Of a stretch of DNA of 64,000 nt, positions 1 to 13,579 are shown in pieces. The stretch lies in assembly GCF_009914755.1 (NCBI RefSeq), contig NC_060931.1, one strand, 5' to 3'. How positions within the stretch are numbered: position 1 is the first letter of the stretch; every line of letters begins with the position of its first letter. The notes under the pieces were generated by a model. That model saw only the letters and a list, made by a program, of their open reading frames with translations. It searched no databases and had not been told where the DNA came from. The position numbers and the translations under genes were made by a program. Source of the stretch: the human T2T-CHM13v2.0 reference genome, Homo sapiens.

Positions 1-1774
1 AATAATGTGGTCAAGGCATCTGGTACACGATGCACTCAAAAAACAAGGCATGTCTGCGATGAATGCAGCAGGGTCGGTGTCCTAAACCCACCTCTGCCCT
101 GTCTCCATCCTCCACTGCCCTCCCTCTGTAGCAGGAACTCAGGGGGTCAACGGTCTCGCCTCTTCACAGCTGAGCTTGACAGGGCTGTGTGGGGAAGGAA
201 CCACCTCATTTGGTTCTGTGTGCCCTGCTTCCGGTCTGCACTGGACTGGCCTGAGGAAAACCCAGGGAATATTTCCTTCCTTGCAGTTTCTCCCTAACTC
301 GGCTTCTTTCAAATCAAAACAGAAATGATGAAGCGAAATGCCCAGCTCTGGGCCTGGCCCAAGGAAGTCCTCAATGTGCATGAGTTCAATGGTACCCCTC
401 CCCAGACTCCAGATCTGCCACCCTGTCCCTCATTTGCTTTGACTTAGCACTCACAAAGTAAACTAATTCTTTAATAACTCACAAGAGCTGAAAGTTAATT
501 TTTTCATCTTAATTCTAGCCTATTAGAAAAAAAACAAAGATTTTAAGCAAATAAAGGAGTTTACTTCTCTGCATCCTCATAATAATTTGTCCATAGACAA
601 CACTTTTGTTTCCTATGTTGAAAATAATATTACATTGTAACTTTACTAAAGTTTAAAACACAAATGACAATAATATTGAAAAATAAGTTCACTAAGATGT
701 AACAGCTGAATTTACTTTTACGGTTTGCCGATCTCAATATACATAAACTGTGAGTCCCTTAACCCTTTTTTTTTCTTAAAAAAAAAAAAAAAAAAAAACT
801 TCCAAAATAGGAGAGGGTGTAGTAATACATATGCCATATGTCTACATTTTTGCCACTAGCTTTTGAAAGTTTAATGTAGTATTATTAAAAACACAGAATG
901 CTTGTCATATTTTCCCCATGCTAGGGTGCCTTGGGCCATGTCATGGTCCGTTAAAAACAAAAAAATTCAAGGGCTGCCTCTATTTCAGAAACAGGAACGT
1001 GTTCAGTAATGAAAACAAAACGTGTATTAGAATAGACCAATATTTACATGGTGTTTTATACAGTGACCAGGTCCCCAAAAGGGTGTGACAGGATTTCTGT
1101 TCCTGAAGCTTTGTGGTTCTCTCTGAAGGCTGGGAGCTGTCTGCGTACACCTGGAAGTCCAGCCCAGGAAGTAACTGCTGATGTCACAGGTGGCTCTGTT
1201 GACATCCTCACAACCTGCCAGGGCTACACCCTCCATGGCATGCCCCTCAGGTACCAAAGGGGAACGAAGAAGGAAAAGGAAGTTCCACCTGAGCCTGATC
1301 TGACCAAGATGGCCCACGCCAGCCACCATGCTGACAGCCAGCAGTGACCAGAGAGGACGCTGGGACCAAGCGGCTTTGGGGGTCTCCCTTGGCCGCCTCC
1401 AGGCCTTCCACTGTACTGGTTTGGATTTGCCATGGTAGATTTGTTCAACTACCAGTTTTGTATCCTGAAGCACGGAAGCCACATGACTTCCACACCTGAG
1501 TACCTTAGAGAACAACAGAAGTGCTGTTCTTTGGAGCAAGGATGGCTAGGCCACTCCGGGGTCCTTTCCCTGCAGTTCCCTCCACATACTGGGTCTCATG
1601 AGAAGGAGACCCCTGCCCTTCCCTGGGCTTCTGTGTGAAGCCCTCAGTAAATGACAGTAGCGGGGCAGAGCTCTCATTTCCCCTGTGAAAACCTCTCTTC
1701 AGTTGCAGCAACACCGGGTAGAGCAGTTGTAACTTACACTGAAGTTACTCTTTGTCCGCCAGCCCTAACAAAAT

Positions 1775-1836
1775 TGTCAGAGGCCTCTGAACCAGAGCAA
1801 CTCCATCTTGAATAGGGGATGGGTAAAATAAGGCTG
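1775..1836 (+). mobile_element. 5' stub (~60 bp) of a MER41-family ERV1 LTR
   Basis: TGTCAGAGGCCTCTGAACCAGAGCAACTCCATCTTGAATAGGGGATGGGTAAAATAAGGCTG closely matches the start of the full LTR at 2377, then similarity stops. Confidence 0.8.
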
Positions 1837-2376
1837 TGTCTTTTCTTATGTTAAAGCAAAGGGGGAAAAATGTTGGTTTTGAATACACACTAGCCACAGT
1901 CTTTTTTGTGTTTTTACTCAAGGCTTCAGTGCAGGGTGTATCCAGCAGCCTCCCAGCCCCCACCACAATGCTCCTGGCCCCTGACCCTGTGCTCCTCTTT
2001 CCCCCTGTGACCCTGACTGCTGTCTCCTCTGCAGAGAAGTCTTACCTCTTATTTCCCTGGCAACCCTGCCTCATCCCTAAATATACCAGTCAGGAAATTC
2101 TTCTTCCCGGGAGTCCCCGGTGAAGGAGCCTCCCCTCCACCCAGCTACAGATGCCCTAAAACCAGCTCATAGGGCTCTCAAGAGCCAACTGTTAAATCTT
2201 CTGGAATGCTGGTAGCGTACTCATTATTAAAAAGTAAATTATATAAACTTATGGTTAAATAAAATACATTAAAAATAAGGGTAATAAATATGCAGCCCTT
2301 ATCACTTCCTACTGATTTCACTGTTATCTGTACCTTTGGGGTTATTAAAATCCATTCTGTCTGGGGCTAGAAATAC

Positions 2377-2948
2377 TGTCAGAGGCATCTGACCCAGAGC
2401 GATTCCATCTCGAATAGGGGCTGGGTAAAATTAGGCTGAGACCTGCTGGGTGACATTCTTAGTCACAGGATGAGATAGGAGGTCTGCACAAAATACAAGT
2501 CGTAAAGACCTTGCTGATTACAGGTTGCAGTAAAGAAACTGGCTAAATCCCACCAAAGCCATGAGGCCACAAGAGTGACCTTTGTTCGTCCTCACTCCTA
2601 CACTCCCACCAGCACCATGACAGTTTACAAATGCCATGGCAATGTCCAGAAGTTACCCTGTATGTCAAAAAAGGGGGTGAACCCTCAGTTCCAGGAATTG
2701 CCCACCCCTTTCCAGGAAAACTTATTAATAATCCACACCTTGTTTAGCACATAATCAAGAAATAATCATAAAAATGGCCAACCAGGACTCGCGCTACTGC
2801 TCTGCCTATGGAGTAGCCATTCTTTTGTTTCTTTACTTCTCTAATAAACTTGCTTTCACCTTACTCTACAGATTTGCCTCCAATTCTTTCTTGCATGAGA
2901 TCCAAGAACCTTTTCTTGGGGTTTGGATCAGACCCCTTTCTGGTAAGA
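2377..2948 (+). mobile_element. MER41B-type solo LTR (ERV1)
   Basis: Starts TGTCAGAGGC, ends TTTCTGGTAAGA (terminal CA mutated), has an internal AATAAA, is flanked by a 4-bp TSD ATAC (2373-2376 / 2949-2952) and retains the GAS-containing segment that MER41A lacks. Confidence 0.88.
2689..2718. promoter_or_regulatory. Tandem GAS (STAT1-type TTCNNNGAA) motifs inside the MER41B LTR
   Basis: TTCCAGGAA at 2689-2697 and at 2710-2718, 21 bp apart; the motifs are seen directly, activity is not shown. Confidence 0.65.
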
Positions 2949-3096
2949 ATACTACTCGATGGGAGTTGCCACAGCCTCTGCCCAGCTCCACACTCATGTC
3001 TCACTTTAGTGGCTGGTTAACGGTCATGGTATTTTGCCATGGAAATGAGCAAATGTGACAAATCAAGGCACACGTTGTTTTATTGATTGTCTAGAT

Positions 3097-3417
3097 CAGG
3101 GATCAGCAACATTTTCCATAAATAGCTACATAGTAAACATTTTAGGCTTTGTGGGCCATATGATCTCTGTCACAGCTACTCAGCTTAGCCACTGTGGCAA
3201 AAATGCAATATATAAATGAATGAACTTGGCTGTGTTCCAATACAATCTCACTTATGGACACAATTTTGAATCTCATATAATTTTTTTATATATTACAAAA
3301 TATTATTTTCCTGTTAATTTTTTTAAAAAATACCTTTAAACATGCAAGAACCACTCTTAGATTGCAGGCTGTACCAAAACAGGATCTGGCCTGTTGACCA
3401 CAGCTTGCCAAGCCTTG
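3097..3417 (+). mobile_element. MER58 (hAT-Charlie) MITE
   Basis: CAGGGATCAGCAAC terminus, TAGTAAACATTTTAGGCTTTGTGGGCCATATG and TGGCTGTGTTCCAATA cores, TTGCCAAGCCTTG end; inserted at a GTCTAGA-type target. Confidence 0.75.
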
Positions 3418-3769
3418 GTCCAAGACCTAGGATGGTGATGAGAAAATCTTGACAATGCAGATCACACTCACAAGTGGTCCTGCCTGTCACTTCCACATTG
3501 TGAATCACATAATAATTTAAGGAAACACTGTGAGTATTCATACACTTAATCCAGGTCAGCAAAGTCTCATATCACTGAAGGAAAGAGGACATTCTAACAT
3601 TCGCTTTCTCACTTTGCTTTACTCATTGTAAGTGAAAATATCCATCAACATTCATGTCAGAACTGAGCTCCTTCATCAGAGCAGCCACAGCGTGGCCATG
3701 GACTTGAGTGCGGCTCAAGTGAACAAAAGCATCTATGATCAGCAACTGGCTCTACGGAAATTGCATTAA

Positions 3770-4106
<337 letters not shown>

Positions 4107-5118
4107 TAGGTACTACACATCCTTTTTATAAGTGAAATTTACGAGACCACCCTTTCCTCGGAGAGCTGGCTGTTCAACAGTTCCTAGCCTAGCAAGGGCT
4201 ATCCCAGAGGTACTGATGGTGACTGGTGAGCAGTGGGCCTTGCCACCCACCCACTTCCAGGCAGTGAGTGCTTTAAAGGCAGAGCTGTATCTGATCCAGC
4301 CTTTCCCTGCCCCAGAATAGGACCTGGTAACCCTGCTGGTGTTCAGGCTAAGTAAACAAACACGAGTGGGCACAGCACCTTGGTCCTGCACCATCTGTTG
4401 TTTTTTAAGGATTATTAGAGAGAGCAAATTCCAGTTTTGATCACAATGTGGTAAATGCTTCAATGAAGTCTCAACGTGTCCCTCCAATAACAAAAGATTA
4501 CACACAAACTTTTAAACATTCTTTTACTAACTGATACTTAGTATGTCTATATTTGCAGCCCAATACACACTATTTTGCATGTTATTCATGACAACAATTC
4601 AGTGTCTAAACTCATTTTAGAACATAAATGAACCAAATGCCAGTGAGAACATATCTCCCCACAGGCACTCAGTGCTGGGCAGAGCTGGTCCCCTCGGAAG
4701 GCCTGGGTGCTCCCCTGTGCAGATCCCATTAAGAAACCAATGCTCCTCGGCCGTTCCCACGATCACCGATTAACATTTTAGTGATGTAGCTCCTGCTCCA
4801 GAGGAAGAGAAACAAGTTAATCTATATTTTTTAAAAAAATAAAAGTCACTGTCATTGGAAGAGCAGTTTGATGAAATGGAAGTCTGTACATGTGACAAAT
4901 GAACACGTATGGCAAGGAGAAATGGAGGCTGACAACTCTGGCAGCCAAACACTGCTGTGTGTCAGTATTTCCTCACTTCACATGGTTTTAAAAAGGTAAC
5001 AAAGCCTCTTCCAGACTCATGATCCTCGTTCCTCAGCTGCTCACAAGGTCCATCCTGCAGAGAAGTGCTAGGGGTCCTTCAGGGAGGAGGCCTCTCACAT
5101 GGGATAAGATAACACAGG

Positions 5119-5730
5119 TGAGGCAGGAGAGTAATGTCTGGAGACAGGGACCCTAAGGCCAATTCACGCTGACTTCCTAGACCTAAATCAAAAGGAAAAC
5201 CCCAACTTTGCACTCCCAAGTAACAAAAAGACCAGAGGCTACTCCCCTTTCCTGCGTACAGATGAAAAACTGAAAGCACCTCTGACTGGTCCCCTCTCAC
5301 AACCAGTCTGGTCTCAGGCCAAGTCTTCATTTGCGTAAGAGTATAACTTTGTAACTTCACTTCAGCTTCTGATTGGTCACTTTCTGCAATCAATCAGAAG
5401 TTTGCATAGGGTGTAACTTTATAACTTCACTTCAGCCTCTGATTGGTCCCCTCCCACAACCAATCAGACTGACTGTGGGCCACTACTTCATTTACACAGG
5501 GTGTACACCAAGTAACCAATGGGAAATCTTCAGAGGGTATTTAAACCCCAGAAAATTCTGTAACCAGGCTCTTGAGCTGCTTGCTCGGGTGCACTCCAAC
5601 CCTGTGGAATGTACTTTGATTTTTGATAAATCTCTGCTTTCATTGCCTCATTCTTTCCTCGCTTTGTTTGTGCATTTTGTCCAATTCTTTGCTCAAGACA
5701 CAGGAACCTGGACACCCTCTGCTGGTATCA
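5119..5730 (+). mobile_element. MER51-type solo LTR (ERV1)
   Basis: TGAGGCAGGAGA...GCTGGTATCA with TG...CA ends, perfect 4-bp TSD CAGG (5115-5118 / 5731-5734), and internal ~70-bp repeats carrying CCAAT/ATTGG boxes. Confidence 0.85.
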
Positions 5731-6769
5731 CAGGCTGTCCTGGCTGGACTCAGCTCCATGTTGTACAGTATAAAAAAGGTGCCAGAAAGTTCCAGAGTGT
5801 CATCAACCTGAGCTGTCCACCGACCCTGCTATACGCCAATTCCTCACCCATAAATTGACTCTGATCTCTGAGGTCACCTACTTGATGCTGTTGAATGTTA
5901 TGATCTTCAGGTTCATAAGATCCACAAACAGAAAATGTTAACTTAGGATTTGAACACAGCTAGATACCCACCATCTGCTCTGTTCTGAGAATTGGGCCCT
6001 GGAAGAGCTGGAGACAGAGCTGAACCCGACTCCTGGGTAGAAGAGGCCCACTCGCCCAGGTGCTTCCTCTCTGGGAGGCCCTGTCGAATGCCAACATTAT
6101 CACCTCCGCACAGCTGGTTCATCCAACAAGGTACCTGACACCGAGGAAAGCCCAGGGTAACCGCTACCAAGGGAAGTCCAGGCCCCAAAGAAGAAGGGCT
6201 GGGTGCTCCCTTGGGAAGCTGCCCAAAGTCACCAGGCACCCAGGAGGGGATGACCAGGTATGAAGGGACACAGAGCTGGGACCAGACCAATTTTCTGCGC
6301 TTGTTAAACTCGCCTTGGTGGCACTGCTTGGATGAGTGAGCCAGTCCCGTTGGTCCCACTAAGGACGGATGGGCAAAACATGGCATGAACTGATGTAAGA
6401 GAACACGTTCAAGCCAACGTGCTGAGGTGGGGGCTATTCTGGACGCTATTCCATGAAGCTGAAAAGATGTTGTGGCCTCGCTGCACTGATGTGAAGGCAG
6501 CTGTGTGCGGGGAGCAGAAGTACTGGAGCTGACGCTGGGGTGTGACTTCCTGTCCCCCTTATGTGCGAGTCACCTCACCCCTCTGTACCTCCGGTTCCAG
6601 TGGTGACACAGGGGTGACGGTGATGTCACTGCCCTCATGGGACTGCAAAGCACTCAATACCAGCTGCTACTACGGGATCTATTGGAAATTTAAAATTATA
6701 TACTCACCACACAATTAAAAATGAGCTAAGGTATAATCTTGTATATATCTATGAAAACATGATGTGGGG

Positions 6770-7250
6770 ATCATGGTGAACAGTTAAACTCTGGTGCACC
6801 CGTGCCACGGGCTAGCCCTCAGCAGGAAAAAGGAGGCAACATAGCAAGCTGGGTGGAGCCCAAGAACGTTACGCTGGGTGAAAAAAAGCAGTCTTGGAAG
6901 GTCACGTACAGTATGATCCTACTGATATAAAATCCTCAAAATGACAAAAATCATAGCAATGGAAAACAGACTAGTGATTGTCGGAGTTGGGGACGGCAGG
7001 AGGAGGTGGCTGTGCCTGAAAGGGGGTAGAGGGAGGTCTTGGGGTGAAGGAGCGGTGCCGTGTCTGGCCTGCATGGACCTTCAGGTGTGAGGACGTGCAC
7101 GTGGCGGGCACCCGTGCCAGTGTCCTCTTCTTGGTTTTGGTATTGTCCTATACTACAGATGACACAACCACGGGGAAACTGGGGAGGGTACCAGGACCTC
7201 TGTGCCAGCTTTCTAACCTCCTGTGAATCTTCAAAATTAAAAATTAAAAA
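6770..7250 (+). mobile_element. Old L1 (L1MC/L1MD-type) 3' end fragment
   Basis: Degenerate L1M 3' UTR motifs (ACGCTGGGTGAAAAAAAGCAGTC, CAAAATGACAAAAATCATAGCAATGGAAAACAGACTAGTG, CCTCCTGTGAATCTT) and an A-rich end. Confidence 0.7.
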
Positions 7251-10200
7251 ATATATCAGCTAAGGAAAGATAAACCATCATGTGAAAATGCTTTCCCCAT
7301 GTTGGTCCCTGCAAGATGGCTCTGCCCACGCCCTCCTCTCCAGCACAGTTTTCTGCACACACATGTGTGCTCAGCTCCCACCCTCAAGGCTCCAGGATGA
7401 AACCCAGTGCACAACCTGCCAATGAGAACTGAGGCTGCAAACCATGTTCCACTGCAAAATGTAAACACAAGAATAGGCCGCACTCCAAGGAGAATGTCTA
7501 AGTCCTCTACAGACGCCTGGACCAGCATGCCCCGGTGCCCCATGACTGTAGTGGGTATTTGCTGTCCTCCTTCCTGTACACCTGCTGTCATCCACCAAGG
7601 CATAAACAGAAACACTGACTTTTCAAATACTTCATGGTTTCTTGACTTGTTCAATCACACGGCCTTCTTTGCCAGGCTGCTGTAATAGCCACTCACATGT
7701 CCAAAACCTTCAATTAGGGAACTCTATATTCTGGCCACAGATAGAGAGTTGTGTGGATGCTGCCATTTGACAATACAGAGGTACTTCCTCCCTTTCACAC
7801 CAAACCGATAGGGTCTCATGGGGCCCAGCCTCTCCTACGGCCACTCTCTCTCACCCACAGCATGCTCCAGTTCCAATCCCTAAGTGCCTCAGCTTTCCCC
7901 CAGGCTGCAAGACACTGCCAGAGGAAACAGGCCCTCCCCACAAAGTCACGTGCGGTGACCCCAACAGGGCCCTCAGGTAGATGTTCCTGCTCATTGCTCT
8001 CAGCCCCATTATATCATTGCTGCAGCCATTCCAAGTCCCGGAAGACCTCGCCCAACATGTTCTTGTCCTGGGCTCCACCTTCACCACGCCTCTGTCTGCA
8101 GAGACCCCAGGGAGTTCCTGCAAGGAACGCAGTTCCAGAAAAGGGCTAAGCTCACATCTCTTCTAAGGCTTCACCCATTTTTTTCTCTGCTCTCCTATCT
8201 TTAGTCTCTCCCTGTCTTGGCTCGCTAGCTGAGACTGTTCTTTCCTTCCTCTTTCCACACCTCCTTCCATTCAAAAGAGGAAACGCCTCCAAAGAGGAGC
8301 CCTACACCCAATGTCCCAATTTCCTCATAGCTTCCGAAACCCGCGCCTTTACAGCCAGGCTTCCTCCACACTCTAACGGACCTGATCAGTTGCCTCTTCC
8401 CATGATGACCTTCCCTGCCTCCCACACGCCCTTCTCCTGCAAGTCCACAGCTCCCTGAAACTCCTGCTTTCACATCTCCAGAGTCTTGTGGATGCTGTTC
8501 TTCTACCTGGAATTGCCATCAAAGTCCAACAAAACACCAGCCCCTTCTAAAACCCAGCCCATACTCTTTCATCTTCACTTTCTCCTCATCCCTACCCACT
8601 CCTGCTGAAATTAGAAGTATTTTCTGCAAACCCTAAATTAAGATTCCAATTCTGCGGTACTAAACACTTTCTCCACAGCTCTACAACATTTGTACTGATT
8701 CCCTTCCTCCCTTGGATTGGACAGTTCTGTCTCAACCACCAGACTAGCTAACAGCAGCTTGCTGAAGTGTGAGCTCAACAGGTATCTGTCCAATGAATGA
8801 ATTACATCCATAGAAGAAATGATATATAAAAATATATAAAATTAGAAATACAGTTTCATTCATTCTACAAACATGTATCAGGACCTACCATTTACAAGGT
8901 AATTCCTAGGGAGTCTATAACATAAATGATAGTACAGTGTATGGTCTCAGATCTCAGAAAGGTTCTAGAGGGGCAATAAGATAGACACAACTGTTTAGCT
9001 AAAAGCAAGGCTGGGATTAAGTGATGTGAAATAAGCAAAAGGCACCTCGCAAACCATATGGCACTATTCAAACATTGGGGCACTTTTAAAGTTTTCTTAT
9101 TGACATTATCAAATTATGCAAAACAAAGTTAGGTAAGGGACAAATCCTGCCTGCAGAGTAACTTGAAATTTTGTGAGGAAATGATTTTAGCAAAAATAAT
9201 ATATTATCCAAAGACTTAGTTTTCATTATGGCAAAGATCTCTGCAAATGCAAAGAAGATATCTATGAATTATACCATGTGGTATGTATGTGTCATTTATT
9301 TTTAAGTAGAAAGGCCTAAAAATATCTAGTAGCATTTAGAAAATATTTCACACTTCTTTTTATCACTCCATGAATTTAAAACTAAAAAAATAAATATCCT
9401 AGCCTTAATGCAGAAAAGCAAGTATGTAAGTTTCCTACTTGAAATAAAAAGACAAAAGACTCTATGAAGAAGATGGCATTTTCTTGTATAATTTGGACCA
9501 GGGAGACAAATGGCCTGCAGCAAGTCTATCCAAGCAGGAGCTCCATCTCCATCAGCAGGGGCCGCCTCCTCTGTCCCTGACAGCTCAGAAGCCCATAGTA
9601 AATGCTGTTTGTTGTCAGCAGGACACATGCACCAAGCAATTCCCCTCCCCTGGGCCTCCTGCCCATCCTCTCATCCCACTTCCAATCATGGCTCACTCCC
9701 CAAAGCTCCAGGAGAAAATTCTCCCCTGGCACACAGCCCAGCCCTGACCTTGTCCCAGCCCCAACATCCCTGCTGGTCTGGCTGTCAGCCCCCGTGAGGT
9801 GGAGAGAGAATCCTGCCTGCACACCGTACAGTGTAGCACAGGCCATGCTATTAGATCTGGGCCATATAACTTCTATCTCATTCAAATAAAATGCAGAAAC
9901 GCTGATTAATGAAGCATTATAATGTTTATGAAGAAAGAGTTATTGTGGTTGCAATTCCATGATGTCCTTGATTTGTAGATTCTATCAGTTACACAGATTG
10001 TCATACTTGCAGACTTCTTCCAGAGTTTGGCAAGAACAAATGGGCTTTTTTTGTGCAGATGACTCATTTACATTTTTAATTATTTTTAAACTACATGAAC
10101 AATAAATGACTACATTGAACGATTCAAAGAAAAATCAGAGTGTGTTCCCAAAATAGCCTAGGGTGGACCCCTGTCCCCACCAAGTCCTAAACATTAGAGC

Positions 10201-11088
10201 CCAGCACGCCCCAGTAAGTCACCATAGCCAACACAGATGCAGCCTCCCTGCAAACACCAAGCAGTGCGGGCCTGCAGGACTCAGTGCCTCACAAAACCAG
10301 CGGATACCTGTGGTCATCGCGGAATCTTGTGGTGACCGTGCACCCTTCCATGCCCAAGGCAGAAGCCTCAGCTCCTTTCTACCTCCCATCTGCCACGTTA
10401 AGTCACAGGCTTGCACCTTAAAGGCCAGAGGCCATCCATGGAGAAGACTCTCCCAAATGACTCCCAATTGGGATTGGCCCTAACAAACACCATGAGCTTG
10501 GAGTCTCTCTTCTTTCGGGGCCACTCTGCTTTCTCAGTGGTGCTGTCTCTTCATGTTACCCACAGCCAGTGGAATCATGTTCTCTGTTCCCTCTCAACTA
10601 TCAGAACCAGTCTTTTGGACAGGATCTCCTGAGGTTCCTGCTAGCAAGGTATAAATAACAGATTCCCTGGAAGTGTTGAAAATTGGAAACGAAATAGGAA
10701 TTTTTAAAATCTTACACTTCAAGACAACTGGTTGGATGAATTGGGGAGATGGTGGGTTTATTTTTCTTTTGAAGAAAGTATACAAAGGTGGACACTGGAC
10801 AGGTAGGGACAAGGTGACTATGGAAGCATCTCATGGCTGAAGCTTGCTCCCATCTCCCATAACATAAAGGCATTCATGGCAGGGGGTGGGGAGTCTTTCT
10901 CCTCCACCTATTCAAAGTGATCTTTAGAAGGTCTGCATCACTCCAGCAAACAGTGGCCAGGCTGGTTCTTGCCATATTCGACCCTATTGAAATTATCCTA
11001 AGGCAGACCAATCAGCTGAGTTACTGCTGAAAGAAGACGCCAAAGGGTTATTCTACTTAAGTTAAAAATAAATAAACAACAAACACAA

Positions 11089-11407
<319 letters not shown>

Positions 11408-13082
11408 CTACCACTTTGAGGCACAAAAGATAAGAGTTTAATATAAAGAATTTTCCTCCTACTGTGCATCCGTGGTTATGAAACAATTCATATCATAAAA
11501 CTTACATATAAAATAATATTGCTCTATCTCGTTGATTTAGAATATGAAATAAGAGATACGATTTTATGGGGAAGACTACACTTAATTGGAAGGGAAGAGA
11601 AGAACAGCAAAATGTCCCGACCATGGGCTTTGCAGTTCCTCAAGGAGACACCAGCAAGACACTTCAGAAGACCCCAGGAACCACAGCCAGCCCCCTAAAA
11701 AAAACTGTCAGACGATCCATTGGTTCTTGTTATTCAACCTCACATTCAGTTGGATGGTACAAGACGGAGGATAGGGGTCTAAAAATGTGTATTTTGAGTG
11801 CATGTAAATTACACAAGTGGTAAATTACTCCCCATTTTACAAATAGGACACAAATGATTCTTTGGAGATTATTTTCTAATGGCACAAAATGTCTTTGGTT
11901 TATATCAGTTTTAACACTCCTCAATCTACCCAGTCTTTGTAAATATCTAAATACAAATCATTTTAATTTAAAAGAACTAGGAAATATATTTTAACAACAA
12001 AATTTTAAAAAATAAAAATGAAAGATGCCTCAGACAGAATAATGGGCATAGGCACAACAATGTTGCCTAGTGATTAAATTTTTAAGGAGAAAATTATTCA
12101 GTCATCCCCAAAGCTACAAAAGTACCTCAGATACAAATTTATTCAGGGATAACTTTACAATCTTTATCGTCTGAACAAAAATTTACTTTTTCTAAGCCCA
12201 TTATGTAATTAAGATTTGGAAAAGATACTGAGATAAACCAGGTTAAGACCCATTCTGAACATATCTTTTTCTAAAACAGACATAGTATAATTTATTTATC
12301 CAAGTCTGCATATATACCTATTAAATATGTTTAAATGATGGAACTTTTGAACCCATTTGTGAATCTCTTGTCTCTCAGAACTCCTGTGTATCAGATCCAG
12401 ATGAATGGTGTTCAAGGCAAGGCTATCTGTGACCTGTGGTGAGTGAGGGGGCCCCCATCCAGGGAACTATCCATTAGGTGACATGAGGACGTGCAACCCC
12501 AAAACAGAATCCTTGAAAGGGAAGGCAATGAGGTGAACACAACAAACAGACACAGAAAATCTATTGCTTAACCCTAAGCATGAAACATTCCTGGAAATCT
12601 CTCATCATCCTTCCCACAGGACATATGCCTGGAAAGGTGAGCGTGAAACCATTCTCACAGGATGAGTCATGTCTGAGATGAGGGCAGAGCATGGAATCCA
12701 GAAATGGACATGTCTTCCTAAATCCTTCAAAGATAGATTAGACAAGGAAAGATTCCAATGTCACTCCTTCTAATTACATTTTTATTAACATAATAAATTT
12801 TGTAACTTCTCTTCTCCAAGCAGAGAATACCCACATTTCTTCGTAATCACCTTTGTTCTGATTTGACACCTTCCTTTTACTTTTGCTCCTCAATAAAAGC
12901 TTTATTTTTCCACTTTCACCACCCTACAATTCTTCTGTTGATCAGAATAACAACTGGATTACCAGACAATGCTGCCAGGAGCCACCAGACCTAAACTGGG
13001 CACAGAGGCTCACATTCAAACCCTCTGCAGAGCTGGCTGTGAAAACTGAACCAGGAACTGGCTTGAAGAAGAACATTTTTCA

Positions 13083-13370
13083 AACACCTGTAATCCCAGC
13101 ACTTTGAGAGGTTGAGGCGGGCAGATCATTTGAGGCCAGGAGTTCGAGACCAGCCTGGCCAATGTGGGGAAACCCTGTCTCTACTAAAAATACAAAAATT
13201 AGCCAGGTGTGGTGGCGCTTGCTTGTAATCCCAGCTACTCAGGAGGCTGAGGCAGAAGAATTACTAGAACCCGGGAGGTGGAGGTTACAGTAAGCCAAGA
13301 TCGCACCACTGCACTCCAGCCTGGGCAACACAGTGAGACTCCATTTCAAAAAAAAAAAGAAGAAAGAAAA
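13083..13370 (+). mobile_element. Alu (AluS-type), slightly 5'-truncated
   Basis: Begins at CACCTGTAATCCCAGC; complete right arm and A-tail. Confidence 0.95.
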
Positions 13371-13579
13371 TACAGAGTAGACACTCCCTTGACAAACCTC
13401 CACCAGCTGGCCAGCCTGGTAATCACAGCTCTGCCCTCTTTCTGATGGGCCTGTGTCCACCCCGCACCAAACAGCCTTGCAGCCAGAAAGTGACTGGTAC
13501 ACACTCAGAGAACTCATCCTACAAGGTGGCCTTTACAATTCCCAAAGCATAGAAGTCTTGCTCACCAATTTATTACTGC

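Noticed and set aside
766-798. T9-CTT-A21 quasi-palindrome as a terminator or orphan poly(A) insertion
   Set aside because: No TSD or element body; adjacent mononucleotide tracts are common in AT-rich introns
1027-1539. 170-aa minus-strand ORF or possible terminal exon (acceptor-like site at ~1504)
   Set aside because: No recognisable homology in any frame and no supportable upstream exon
12360-12965. Possible ancient LTR (AATAAA near 12891, pyrimidine-rich U5-like end)
   Set aside because: Could not assign a family, termini or TSD
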